64,000 bases of DNA from assembly GCA_015064585.1 (NCBI GenBank), contig SVRY01000001.1, positions 61,558 to 125,557 on the forward strand. Reading direction: 5' to 3'. Under the pieces are notes generated by a model. It searched no databases. It was given only the letters and a program-made list of their open reading frames with translations, and was not told where the DNA came from. The DNA comes from Oscillospiraceae bacterium (lineage in GTDB: Bacteria > Bacillota > Clostridia > Oscillospirales > CAG-272). A program made the translations under genes and the position numbers. Below, one piece after another: positions 1-8,318 of this stretch (position 1 is the first letter of the stretch; every line of letters begins with the position of its first letter).

Positions 1-1
1 A

Positions 2-772
2 ATTCATTTTGCGGGATTGAAGGCAGTTGGAGAATCGGTAGCAAAGCCCCTTTTCTATTACCGCAATAATATTGACAGCACTTTGGTACTGCTTGAGGTT
101 ATGAAAAAATACGGTTGTAAGCAGATCGTATTCTCTTCTTCCGCGACTGTATACGGTTCTGACAATGAATCACCCTATAATGAAGATATGAAGACCGGTA
201 ATTGTTCCAATCCCTACGGTTCTACCAAAGCTATGCAGGAAGTGATCCTCAAGGATGAGGCAAATGCGGATCCTGATTTGTCGGTTGCTTTGCTTCGTTA
301 TTTCAACCCGATCGGTGCCCATGAAAGCGGACTTTTGGGTGAAGATCCCAATGGTATTCCCAATAATCTGTTGCCTTATATTTGTAAGGTAGCAGTGGGT
401 AAATTGCCGCAGCTTAACGTATTTGGCGATGATTACGATACACATGACGGAACCGGTGTACGCGATTACATCCATGTGGTGGATTTAGCAATCGGTCATG
501 TGAAAGCCATTGATTATTTGAATAAAAACAAGGGTGTTTTGACTGTCAATTTGGGAACCGGGATTGGCTACTCAGTATTGGATGTTGTTAAGGCTTATGA
601 AAAAGCATGCGGAAAACCGATACCGTACAAGATTGTAGAACGCCGCCCCGGCGACTTGGCAACCTGTTATGCTAATCCCGGCAAAGCAAAAGAACTGCTT
701 GGTTGGGTAGCAGAAAAGGATCTGGATACAATGTGCCGTGACAGTTGGAATTTTGCATGGCAAAATCTCTGA
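2..772 (+). CDS. galE: UDP-glucose 4-epimerase, C-terminal ~256 aa (5' end lies outside the window)
   Basis: The reading frame is open to the left edge. Translation from nt 2 reads IHFAGLKAVGESV...FSSSATVYG...YFNPIGAH...DYIHVVDLA, which is conserved GalE sequence. The track start at 17 is an internal TTG. Stop codon at 770-772. Confidence 0.9.
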   Translation: MHFAGLKAVGESVAKPLFYYRNNIDSTLVLLEVMKKYGCKQIVFSSSATVYGSDNESPYNEDMKTGNCSNPYGSTKAMQEVILKDEANADPDLSVALLRYFNPIGAHESGLLGEDPNGIPNNLLPYICKVAVGKLPQLNVFGDDYDTHDGTGVRDYIHVVDLAIGHVKAIDYLNKNKGVLTVNLGTGIGYSVLDVVKAYEKACGKPIPYKIVERRPGDLATCYANPGKAKELLGWVAEKDLDTMCRDSWNFAWQNL

Positions 773-785
773 TATATTATAAGTA

Positions 786-826
786 AAAAATCAAAGCCGT
801 CAGAAGTGTCGGCTTTGATTTTTTAT
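786..826 (+). terminator. Rho-independent terminator after galE
   Basis: Stem TCAAAGCCG (791-799) pairs with CGGCTTTGA (810-818) and is followed by a T-run at 819-825. Confidence 0.7.
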
Positions 827-1100
827 ATATAGAATATATGATTACTCAAAATTTTGATTTATAGGCATAAATTATTTAAAAATATGGAAAAATACAAAAT
901 TTGACGTTTGTTTTTTGTTTTAATATGGTTTTTTATAGTATTTTCAATTCAAAAAACCAGAAAGCAATTTGTTTTCAGCTTTTGTATGCTTATAATATAG
1001 CAAAAAATCACATATATCGAATAAAAATAATTATTTTTTTAAAAAATATAAGTAAAAATTAAAAAAAATAGAAAAAATACGTGCTTTTTTGATAAAACAG

Positions 1101-1129
1101 TTGACAAAACGATGATTTAAGGCTATACT
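1101..1129 (+). promoter_or_regulatory. Sigma-A type promoter candidate for glnA
   Basis: TTGACA (1101-1106), 17-nt spacer, TATACT (1124-1129), about 35 nt upstream of the ATG at 1163. Confidence 0.5.
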
Positions 1130-1162
1130 TACTTCATGACGTAAAAAGTGAGGGTGTTTCAT

Positions 1163-3232
1163 ATGGGCAAATTAACTGAAAACTTTGGTGAAATGGTTTT
1201 CAATGATCGGGCGATGCGTGAAAAGCTGCCCAGCGATATTTATAAATCCTTAAAGAAGACCATTCTTGACGGCAAAGATTTGGATATTACGGTTGCCAAT
1301 GTGGTTGCCAATGCTATGAAGGTATGGGCAATCGAAAAAGGGGCGACCCACTATACTCACTGGTTCCAACCGTTGACCGGTATTACCGCCGAAAAGCATG
1401 ATTCGTTTTTACAGCCGGCAGGTGACGGCACTGCCATTGAGAAGTTTTCGGGTAAGAATCTGATCAAAGGTGAGCCTGATGCTTCCAGTTTTCCTTCCGG
1501 CGGTTTGCGTGCTACCTTTGAAGCCCGCGGTTATACCGCTTGGGACCCCACGTCGTATGCATTTATCAAAGATGATACCCTTTGTATTCCTACCGCCTTC
1601 TGCTCATATGGAGGCGAAATGTTGGATAAAAAAACGCCTTTGCTTCGCTCCACTGAAATTCTGTCGGATCAAGCGGTGCGTGTTCTGCATGCGCTTGGCA
1701 GAACCGAAGTAAAGAGAGTTGTGCCCAATACCGGTGCTGAACAGGAATACTTTATTTTGGATAAAGAAGATTATCTTTCGCGCCGAGATTTGGTTTTTAC
1801 AGGACGCACTCTTTTTGGCGCACCTGCACCTAAGGGACAGGAACTGGACGATCATTATTTCGGTGTGATTAAGCCGCGCGTGAAGGCTTTTATGGCAGAA
1901 CTGGACCGAGAGCTTTGGAAACTGGGAATTTTCGCTGCCACAGAACACAATGAAGCGGCGCCGTCACAGCATGAGTTGGCTCCTGTTTATTCCGTTACCA
2001 ATTTGGCTGCTGACCATAATCAGCTTACCATGGAGATCATGAAAAAGGTGGCTGACCGTCAAGGGCTGGTATGTTTGTTCCATGAGAAGCCCTTTGCCGG
2101 TGTGAACGGAAGCGGAAAGCATAACAACTGGTCCATAGCCACCGGATTGGGTGAAAACCTGTTAAATCCCGGAAGCAATCCGCATGAGAATACCCAATTT
2201 TTGCTATTTCTTTCTGCGGTTATTACTGCAGTAGATGAGTATCAGGACCTGCTGCGCGTGATGGTTGCCAGTGCTTCCAACGATCACCGCTTGGGTGCAG
2301 GCGAAGCGCCTCCTGCTATTATTTCTATTTATTTGGGCGATGAATTAACAGCCATCCTTGATTGCGTAGAGTCGGGAAAGAAGTATTCTCCGGCAAAACT
2401 TGCTAATATGCAAACAGGCGTGCATGTATTGCCCGATTTCCAGAAGGATACCACCGACCGCAACCGTACCTCTCCCTTTGCTTTTACCGGCAATAAATTT
2501 GAATTCCGTATGGTAGGCTCTTCGCAGTCAATTTCCGACGCAAATATGGGACTCAATACCATGCTTGCGGAAGTGCTTTCTAATTTTGCAGACCGTTTGG
2601 AAGGAAAAAAGGATCCGATTGCCGCCGCACGCCGTATTATTCGGGATGCTTACCGTGATCATAAACGAATTATATTCAACGGAAATAACTATTCAAAGGA
2701 TTGGGAACAGGAAGCAGCCGCCAGAGGGCTTTCCAATTTGCGTACCACTGCAGATGCCATTCCGCGTCTTGCCGATGAAAAGAATGTGGCTCTCTTCACA
2801 AAAATGGGTATTTTCACAGAGGCAGAAGTACAGTCTCGCTGTGAGATCATGTTAGAAAATTATTGCAAAGTGTTGCGCATTGAAGCCAATACCATGTTGG
2901 ATATGGCGCGTCGGGATATTTTGCCTGTTGTGGCAGAGTATACCGCCAAGCGCAAGACCGAAGCGGATCTGCTTATGATTCCTGCAATGATAAATGACAG
3001 CGAAAAGCTGAAGAGTATTCTTGCGGATTTGTATGACCGCATTGATTGCTTGGCAATTGCTGTGGAACAGGCCCCCAAGGTGAGTCAAACATCATGTCAG
3101 GCTCAATTTTATAAGGACAGTGTATTGACCGCAATGAAAAACCTGCGTGAAGTAGCAGATGCCGCTGAAAAATGTATTCCTTCGGATAAATGGCCCTTCC
3201 CCACCTATGCAACCCTTCTTTTCGGTGTATGA
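1163..3232 (+). CDS. glnA: Glutamine synthetase, type III (689 aa)
   Basis: ATG at 1163 is preceded by GAGGG (1150-1154); the track's GTG at 1148 lies next to this RBS. The ~690 aa length and motifs [18 protein letters not shown] and [16 protein letters not shown] fit GS type III. Confidence 0.9.
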   Translation: MGKLTENFGEMVFNDRAMREKLPSDIYKSLKKTILDGKDLDITVANVVANAMKVWAIEKGATHYTHWFQPLTGITAEKHDSFLQPAGDGTAIEKFSGKNLIKGEPDASSFPSGGLRATFEARGYTAWDPTSYAFIKDDTLCIPTAFCSYGGEMLDKKTPLLRSTEILSDQAVRVLHALGRTEVKRVVPNTGAEQEYFILDKEDYLSRRDLVFTGRTLFGAPAPKGQELDDHYFGVIKPRVKAFMAELDRELWKLGIFAATEHNEAAPSQHELAPVYSVTNLAADHNQLTMEIMKKVADRQGLVCLFHEKPFAGVNGSGKHNNWSIATGLGENLLNPGSNPHENTQFLLFLSAVITAVDEYQDLLRVMVASASNDHRLGAGEAPPAIISIYLGDELTAILDCVESGKKYSPAKLANMQTGVHVLPDFQKDTTDRNRTSPFAFTGNKFEFRMVGSSQSISDANMGLNTMLAEVLSNFADRLEGKKDPIAAARRIIRDAYRDHKRIIFNGNNYSKDWEQEAAARGLSNLRTTADAIPRLADEKNVALFTKMGIFTEAEVQSRCEIMLENYCKVLRIEANTMLDMARRDILPVVAEYTAKRKTEADLLMIPAMINDSEKLKSILADLYDRIDCLAIAVEQAPKVSQTSCQAQFYKDSVLTAMKNLREVADAAEKCIPSDKWPFPTYATLLFGV

Positions 3233-3249
3233 ATGCTAAATGATAAAAT

Positions 3250-3294
3250 AAAACTCGAAGAAGAAATTGTTCCGGTTTCTCCTTCGAGTTTTTA
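3250..3294. terminator. Bidirectional hairpin terminator between convergent glnA and dpaB
   Basis: AAACTCGAAG (3251-3260) pairs with CTTCGAGTTT (3282-3291), flanked by an A-run and a T-run on either side. Confidence 0.55.
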
Positions 3295-3858
3295 CTATAC
3301 GAACAAAGGTAGTTTTTGCCTGCCGTCAAGCGCTTCTGCTATGGTGTCTTCCAGTTGTGAAAAGTCACATACGAGAGAGGAGGGCTTTTTTAAAATATCA
3401 TCCTGACACAGAGGGACAAAGTACACATTTTTCTTTTCATACAGCGTTGCCAAATTTCGAAAATTTGCAGAAAGGGCGTCGTTCGATGCCACTGCTAAAA
3501 CGAGAGGCCGACGGTTACGAAGATGTGCTTTGGCGGCCAGAGTGACCGGAGTATCGGATATACCGCAGGCAAGCTTTGCCAAAGTATTGCCTGTACATGG
3601 AGATATGACCATAATATCGGGTTTGAGTTTAGGTCCCACCGGTTCAGCGCCCGATAGTGTAGTGATAATTGGGCAGTTGACTGCTTCCTCGATTCTTTTC
3701 ATGAGTTCTTCCGCTTTGCCGAAACGAGTGTCGGTTGCAGAAAAATGATAACTGCAAACAGGAATAATGCTGTGACCCAGAGAGATTAGTTTTTCTAACT
3801 CAGCAAAGGCACGTTCAAAGTTACAAAATGAACCGCAAAAACCGTAACAGATCAGCAT
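3295..3858 (-). CDS. dpaB: Dipicolinate synthase subunit B (SpoVFB)
   Basis: 187 aa flavoprotein-fold protein (MLICYGFCGSFCNF...SPCTGNTLAKLA). It overlaps the dpaA stop by 7 nt, the classic spoVF pairing. Confidence 0.85.
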   Translation of the reverse strand: MLICYGFCGSFCNFERAFAELEKLISLGHSIIPVCSYHFSATDTRFGKAEELMKRIEEAVNCPIITTLSGAEPVGPKLKPDIMVISPCTGNTLAKLACGISDTPVTLAAKAHLRNRRPLVLAVASNDALSANFRNLATLYEKKNVYFVPLCQDDILKKPSSLVCDFSQLEDTIAEALDGRQKLPLFV

Positions 3859-4697
3859 ACCGCATCACTTCCTTTTTTCATATGACGTATGACTGCTTCG
3901 GCAAGAAATTCGCCCGCACTTTCTTGACAGTATTTTCCCGGCAGTCCGCCTGCTTTGATCACGCGAAATGGCGGTCTGCTGTCCAATGCGCCCGGAGACG
4001 AGGCAAGTTCAATATAAAGTAAGTTTTTAGAGGCATTTTTTAATTTTTCTTCCGTGAGAATTGGGGAAGGAATGGTGTTAAATATCAGATCTGTATCGGA
4101 GAATAGTATGGGATCGGTGGGGCAGAAGACGGAATGCCCGTTTTCTATAGCTTCCTTTTGTACTTCTTTTCTGCGTGCTCCGATGAAGACCTTGGCTCCC
4201 AGAGCTGTTAAATGATGTGTTAAAATTTTTCCAATTCTGCCGTATCCCAAGACCGAACAACGCATTTTGAAAAATGCTTTTTTACTTTCGTTCATAGCTA
4301 CCAACAGAGCTGCCTCCGCTGTGGCGCGGGCATTATTATTCAGATATATTTCGTCATATGCCAGATCTATGATCCGATTGGAAAGCATTATATTGCAATT
4401 CTTATTGTTCCATAGAAAGATAACCGCATTTTGCGGCATTACTTGCAGAAGATCGTTCAGAGCAATTGTATTTTCGTATAGGGGCGTAAATAGGAAATTA
4501 TTCTTTTTTATGCTTGGTATGGGAAGAAGAATTGCTTCTGCTGCGTCAACTGTTTCGTGAAGAGTATAGGGGGCGGTGAAACCTGCCTTTGCTGCCATGT
4601 CATTTCCATATACAAAAGGCGTAAAACCTGCCAGATTAAGGTTTTTTGCGGCAGGAATCTGTCGGCTGTCACCGCCGATCAATGCAATTTTTCGCAT
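3852..4697 (-). CDS. dpaA: Dipicolinate synthase subunit A (SpoVFA)
   Basis: 281 aa. N-terminus MRKIALIGGDSRQ and Rossmann motif VLGYGRIGK as in DpaA; immediately upstream of dpaB. Confidence 0.85.
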   Translation of the reverse strand: MRKIALIGGDSRQIPAAKNLNLAGFTPFVYGNDMAAKAGFTAPYTLHETVDAAEAILLPIPSIKKNNFLFTPLYENTIALNDLLQVMPQNAVIFLWNNKNCNIMLSNRIIDLAYDEIYLNNNARATAEAALLVAMNESKKAFFKMRCSVLGYGRIGKILTHHLTALGAKVFIGARRKEVQKEAIENGHSVFCPTDPILFSDTDLIFNTIPSPILTEEKLKNASKNLLYIELASSPGALDSRPPFRVIKAGGLPGKYCQESAGEFLAEAVIRHMKKGSDAVC

Positions 4698-4754
4698 AGA
4701 ATAAACCGCCTTAAAACAAAAAGCCGCGGCACACGATTGAACCGCGTCTACTTA

Positions 4755-4782
4755 TAATATATGCGTTAACATAAAAATGAGT
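4755..4782 (-). promoter_or_regulatory. Candidate SigK-type (late mother-cell) promoter for dpaAB
   Basis: The minus strand reads AC, 17 nt, CATATATTA, which fits the B. subtilis SigK consensus AC-N16/17-CATA---TA. It lies about 60 nt upstream of the dpaA ATG. Short motif, so weak evidence. Confidence 0.3.
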
Positions 4783-4793
4783 TCATATAGCAA

Positions 4794-4826
4794 ACGGACT
4801 ATCTCAAATTTGGTGAGATAGTCCGT
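4794..4826 (-). terminator. Hairpin terminator after the dnaC-like gene
   Basis: Perfect 13-bp stem ACGGACTATCTCA / TGAGATAGTCCGT with a 7-nt loop, 8 nt downstream of the stop at 4835. The following T-tract is short (TTTG). Confidence 0.55.
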
Positions 4827-4834
4827 ACAAATAT

Positions 4835-5803
4835 TTATTGGTGCATTCTTTTTTGCTGTCGTATATCGGTTCCTTGCAGGCGGAAAAAAATAAATTCACC
4901 AAACAGACGGCTGGCAATACGGTCATCGTATCGATTTCGGATTTCGCTTGAGGAAAGATTGGTATTGATAATAATGGGACGCCCCGCGTTCATGCGGCTG
5001 TTAATAAGGTTGTACATACTGGCAATGGTAAAACTATTGCCCATTTCGGTTCCAAAATCATCGATGATCAATAGATCACAGCGGAAGTACTGCTCGGTAC
5101 GATCAGGGGAGTCATCTTTATAGTTTCTGCCAAATCGCTCATATTCAAAATCGGACAGTAGATTTTGTGCGCTTGTATATACACAGTCATAACCGCCGCG
5201 AATAACTTCTTGCCCAATTGCCGTGGAAAGATGGGTTTTGCCTAAGCCTGTAGCACCGGTTAAAAGAATATTTTCACTTGTTTTTTCCGAAAACTCAGCG
5301 GCATAACGGCGGCAAAAGGACAGCACGGCACTCATATTTTCGGGATCGCTGTAATAATGCAAAGAAAAGTTCTCGAAGGTTTGTTTTTCAGGAAGTTTTC
5401 CCAATCCGGAACGGGCAACACCTGCACGGAAAAGTGCTTCTCTCAGGCATGTGCACATTTTGCCATTGCAGTAGCCGGTATCTTCACAGGAACTGCATTC
5501 GAATTTAGGGTCGGTATAATTGACAGGGTATCCTCTTTTTTGCAGATATTCTTCTCGTTTGGCAAGCAGTAGTTCGTTTTCTTCCTTTAATGCCTGCATA
5601 CGTTCTTCCAATCCGAGTTTGCCCATACGAATTGCTTCCATAATGCGAAGCCCGGTGGTTTTTAAGATCATATCCACTTCGCGGATTTCGGGATATTTAT
5701 TGTCCAGTTCCTCCAAACGTTGGTCTGCAGCGGAAATTGCCTTTCTGCGCTTTTTTTCCAGTTCTGCCTTTACACTTGCATACATTTGCGGATTGTAACT
5801 CAT
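4835..5803 (-). CDS. DnaC/DnaI-type AAA+ helicase-loader ATPase
   Basis: 322 aa. Walker A LLTGATGLGKTHL, Walker B LLIIDDFG, Cys cluster CSSCEDTGYCNGKMCTC. Its start overlaps the dnaD-like stop by 4 nt (5800-5803). Confidence 0.8.
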   Translation of the reverse strand: MSYNPQMYASVKAELEKKRRKAISAADQRLEELDNKYPEIREVDMILKTTGLRIMEAIRMGKLGLEERMQALKEENELLLAKREEYLQKRGYPVNYTDPKFECSSCEDTGYCNGKMCTCLREALFRAGVARSGLGKLPEKQTFENFSLHYYSDPENMSAVLSFCRRYAAEFSEKTSENILLTGATGLGKTHLSTAIGQEVIRGGYDCVYTSAQNLLSDFEYERFGRNYKDDSPDRTEQYFRCDLLIIDDFGTEMGNSFTIASMYNLINSRMNAGRPIIINTNLSSSEIRNRYDDRIASRLFGEFIFFRLQGTDIRQQKRMHQ

Positions 5804-6843
5804 TTTTTGTCTCCGTTTTGCTTTTCGCGTGCCAGTTCCATGCTTTTTTGCAGCGCGATATCAAAAAACTCATCTGTGTTAAAGCTGCTTTCAGCAAAAG
5901 TCGGCGAAGGCTCGCTCTTTTTGCTGTATTGCTTTTTCATTTCGTTTTTGCGTTCTTCTATGCAGTTTTCCGCATCTTTTAGCGTAGTAACGCCTTTTTC
6001 CTTCCAACTGCGAAGAATTGTATTCATGAGGCTGACAGCTGCTTTCCCGCTGGAATCAACGGTTTTATCATATGCCAACTGTAGAATTTCATCTGTAAAG
6101 CCGAATTCTGCCCATTCAGCGAAAAATTTCTTTTCACGGGTGGAGAGTGCGCGCATGCCGATCCCCATCATTGTACGCATTTTTCCTTCAAACGAGGAGT
6201 TTTTTTCTCTTTGTTCGATATACGCTTCCAGAGCTGCCAGGGAATCTATATTGTTATGGTATAGCTCAGTTGCCGTTTTGGCGACGTAGGCTACACTTCC
6301 CTTCTGAATGGTTTTACAGTAGTTGCAGAGAAGCAGGATATAGGCATCTTCCAAGCCCAAATAATCTGCTAGGCCAATGATCTTGTTGGATTCATGTACG
6401 CTGAATACTTTGCCGAGCATATTTTGACATTCATCCAGCAGTGCTTTAAGCCCTTTTTTTTCTTGCAGAATTTGTTCAATTTCACTCCCGGTATAGGACG
6501 GCATGTCTCGGGTTCCTTGAATAACTTCCGGTGCGGGCAGTGCCATTTGTACCGGTTCTTTGACCTCTGTACTTGGTGAGGGAGTGGATGCCTTTTTCTT
6601 TTGCAGCTTGCCTCCCTTTAAAATGCCTGCTCCCCGCCAAAAAGCAATGGAGATCTCAATTTCCATGGGAGAAACACCCAGTGCGGAGGAAAGCTTTGCG
6701 GCGTCGGGAGTTTCGCGCAGTTGAGGAGACGATGCCAGCAAAAGCAATAGTTTCAGATCCAGCTCTCCTGCCATATCCAGACGCATGAGAACTGATTCCG
6801 GTAAACAGATTACTCCGTTTCCGAAATTAAATTCATATTTCAT
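5800..6843 (-). CDS. DnaD-domain replication initiation/restart protein (DnaD/DnaB-like)
   Basis: 347 aa with two DnaD C-terminal-type repeats (AYILLLCNYC...; ILQLAYDKTV...ILRSWKEKGVTT). ATGA overlap with the upstream membrane-protein gene at 6840-6843. Confidence 0.75.
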   Translation of the reverse strand: MKYEFNFGNGVICLPESVLMRLDMAGELDLKLLLLLASSPQLRETPDAAKLSSALGVSPMEIEISIAFWRGAGILKGGKLQKKKASTPSPSTEVKEPVQMALPAPEVIQGTRDMPSYTGSEIEQILQEKKGLKALLDECQNMLGKVFSVHESNKIIGLADYLGLEDAYILLLCNYCKTIQKGSVAYVAKTATELYHNNIDSLAALEAYIEQREKNSSFEGKMRTMMGIGMRALSTREKKFFAEWAEFGFTDEILQLAYDKTVDSSGKAAVSLMNTILRSWKEKGVTTLKDAENCIEERKNEMKKQYSKKSEPSPTFAESSFNTDEFFDIALQKSMELAREKQNGDKK

Positions 6844-7310
6844 GTATGCTCACCTGTAATGTTTTCGTTTGGTTGCGGAGCAAAATATTTTTTGCCCAAT
6901 CGGGTAGCCATGCCCTCAAACCAAATCGCATCGTAGGGCGGCAATTTTTTGAATTTTTCGGGGGAAATTTTTTTGACTGCATTGCGATAATGATAACGCA
7001 AAAAAGAGGGGATGGAAATAAGAGGCAACATAAGCGGCCCAAGCATCAGCGTTTGAATACTGTGCCCCGCTTCATGCCAGGTGACATGTTCTGTGGAGGT
7101 TGTATCTCTCAGAAAAACGGCACCCATTTCACATCCGCCCCAATGTTTGCCTATACGAAAGCAAAGCAATGGTCCTACCCTTTCCGGTTTTTTGCCGCAG
7201 AGCATGAGTACTGCGGCAAAAAACAATCCGGGTATTGTGGATAATGCACCCCAGGTAAGGGACAAAAACCAAAACAAAGGGTAATAGCGTGGATTTTTAG
7301 TCAATTTCAT
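6840..7310 (-). CDS. Small polytopic membrane protein with HExxH motif (putative metalloprotease-like), function unknown
   Basis: 156 aa with hydrophobic segments (YYPLFWFLSLTWGALSTIPGLFFAAVLML; LMLGPLMLPLISIPSFL) and TWHEAGHSIQ. Its start overlaps the rex 3' end by 14 nt. Confidence 0.5.
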   Translation of the reverse strand: MKLTKNPRYYPLFWFLSLTWGALSTIPGLFFAAVLMLCGKKPERVGPLLCFRIGKHWGGCEMGAVFLRDTTSTEHVTWHEAGHSIQTLMLGPLMLPLISIPSFLRYHYRNAVKKISPEKFKKLPPYDAIWFEGMATRLGKKYFAPQPNENITGEHT

Positions 7311-7977
7311 CTTTGGTTTGACGCAGGCGGTAGCACAGAGTCATCAAAGAGTCACCCAGGTGAACATTTTGAAGAACTATGTCGGGAGAGAGATTGAGCT
7401 CAACACCGGTAAAGTTCCAAACGGCACCAACCTGCAGAGCGCTCAGACGTTTACCGATTTCAGCTGCGGCGGGTTTGGGAGTGGTGAGCACTGCAATATC
7501 AACATTGTGAGACTGGAAAAACTTTTCCAAAGTGCTGATGTGATATACAGGCAGTCCGGCAACTCTTGTGCCTACAACTGCGGGAGAAACGTCAAACAAC
7601 GCGATAGGAGTAACACCGCGGCGTACAAATGTAGAACCGTTTGCCAATGCGCAGCCTAAGTTACCGGCGCCGATAATTACGGCAGAAAAGCCTTCTTTTG
7701 CACCCAAAATGCGGCTGATTTCACCAAACAAATATTCAACATTGTAACCGTATCCCTGCTGACCAAAACCGCCGAAACAGTTTAAGTCCTGACGGATCTG
7801 GGAAGCTGTTACGCTCATCATACGTGCCAAATCGCCCGAACTGATACGTCCAATGCCCTTGGCAAGCAATTCACGCAAATAACGGTAGTAACGCGGCAGA
7901 CGGTTAATAACTGCTTTGGGAACTACGGGAGGGTTGTTTTCGTTTTTGTTTTCAATTTTGTTTTCGTTGGTATTCAT
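7297..7977 (-). CDS. rex: Redox-sensing transcriptional repressor Rex
   Basis: NRLPRYYRYLRELL...ISSGDLA...SQIRQDLNCFGGFGQQGYGYNV plus Rossmann motif VIIGAGNLG. Start re-set to ATG 7977 (GAAAGGA RBS upstream); the track's 58-codon extension to 8151 has no Rex homology. Confidence 0.9.
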   Translation of the reverse strand: MNTNENKIENKNENNPPVVPKAVINRLPRYYRYLRELLAKGIGRISSGDLARMMSVTASQIRQDLNCFGGFGQQGYGYNVEYLFGEISRILGAKEGFSAVIIGAGNLGCALANGSTFVRRGVTPIALFDVSPAVVGTRVAGLPVYHISTLEKFFQSHNVDIAVLTTPKPAAAEIGKRLSALQVGAVWNFTGVELNLSPDIVLQNVHLGDSLMTLCYRLRQTKDEID

Positions 7978-8078
7978 AGTAGAGTCCTTTCTAATCATCA
8001 TTTTCGTTGTTACCGCAGAAAGCTGATAATTCGTTTGTGCATGTTTATATTCATTAAATTTAACACAAATTGGTAGAG

Positions 8079-8193
8079 TATTCCACAAATCCCACAGGGT
8101 TTTCCACAGGCAAAAGGGATTGTCCTTTTCATACATGAGGGTATATCGCAAAAAACAGGTGAGATTCGCACACTTTCCACATAGTTATCCACA
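8079..8193 (+). promoter_or_regulatory. DnaA-box cluster (four same-orientation boxes) in the tsaD-rex spacer
   Basis: Matches to TTATCCACA: TATTCCACA 8079-8087 (2 mismatches), TTTTCCACA 8100-8108 (1), CTTTCCACA 8173-8181 (2), TTATCCACA 8185-8193 (0). TCCACAGGCAAA is repeated at 8103-8114 and 8188-8199. Confidence 0.45.
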
Positions 8194-8318
8194 GGCAAAG
8201 CTGTTTTTCCATTGGGAAACCACATTTCCATGATTTCCTGAAAAAGGAAACATGAGCAATTTCAGTTTGTAATGTGCTATAAGGCTCCGTCAATTTGACG
8301 ATATATTTTGATGTTTTA

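Noticed and set aside
8035-8071. Rex autoregulatory operator in the rex upstream region (TTTGTG...CACAAA, and TTCATTAAATTTAACACA compared with the Clostridial TTGTTAA-N4-TTAACAA).
   Set aside because: Only about 9 of 14 consensus positions match in the best register, and the TTGTG/CACAA halves are 23 nt apart. This is too weak to call.
7978-8318. Possibility that the DnaA-box cluster is the chromosomal origin (oriC), given nearby soj-spo0J, dnaB, dnaD and dnaC-like genes.
   Set aside because: There is no dnaA or dnaN gene in the window, and only one exact and one single-mismatch box. All boxes face the same way, and no adjacent AT-rich unwinding element or DnaA-trio is evident. It is better described as an extra-oriC DnaA-box cluster. 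The two track ORFs inside it (8010-8231 and 8129-8401) have no RBS or homology.
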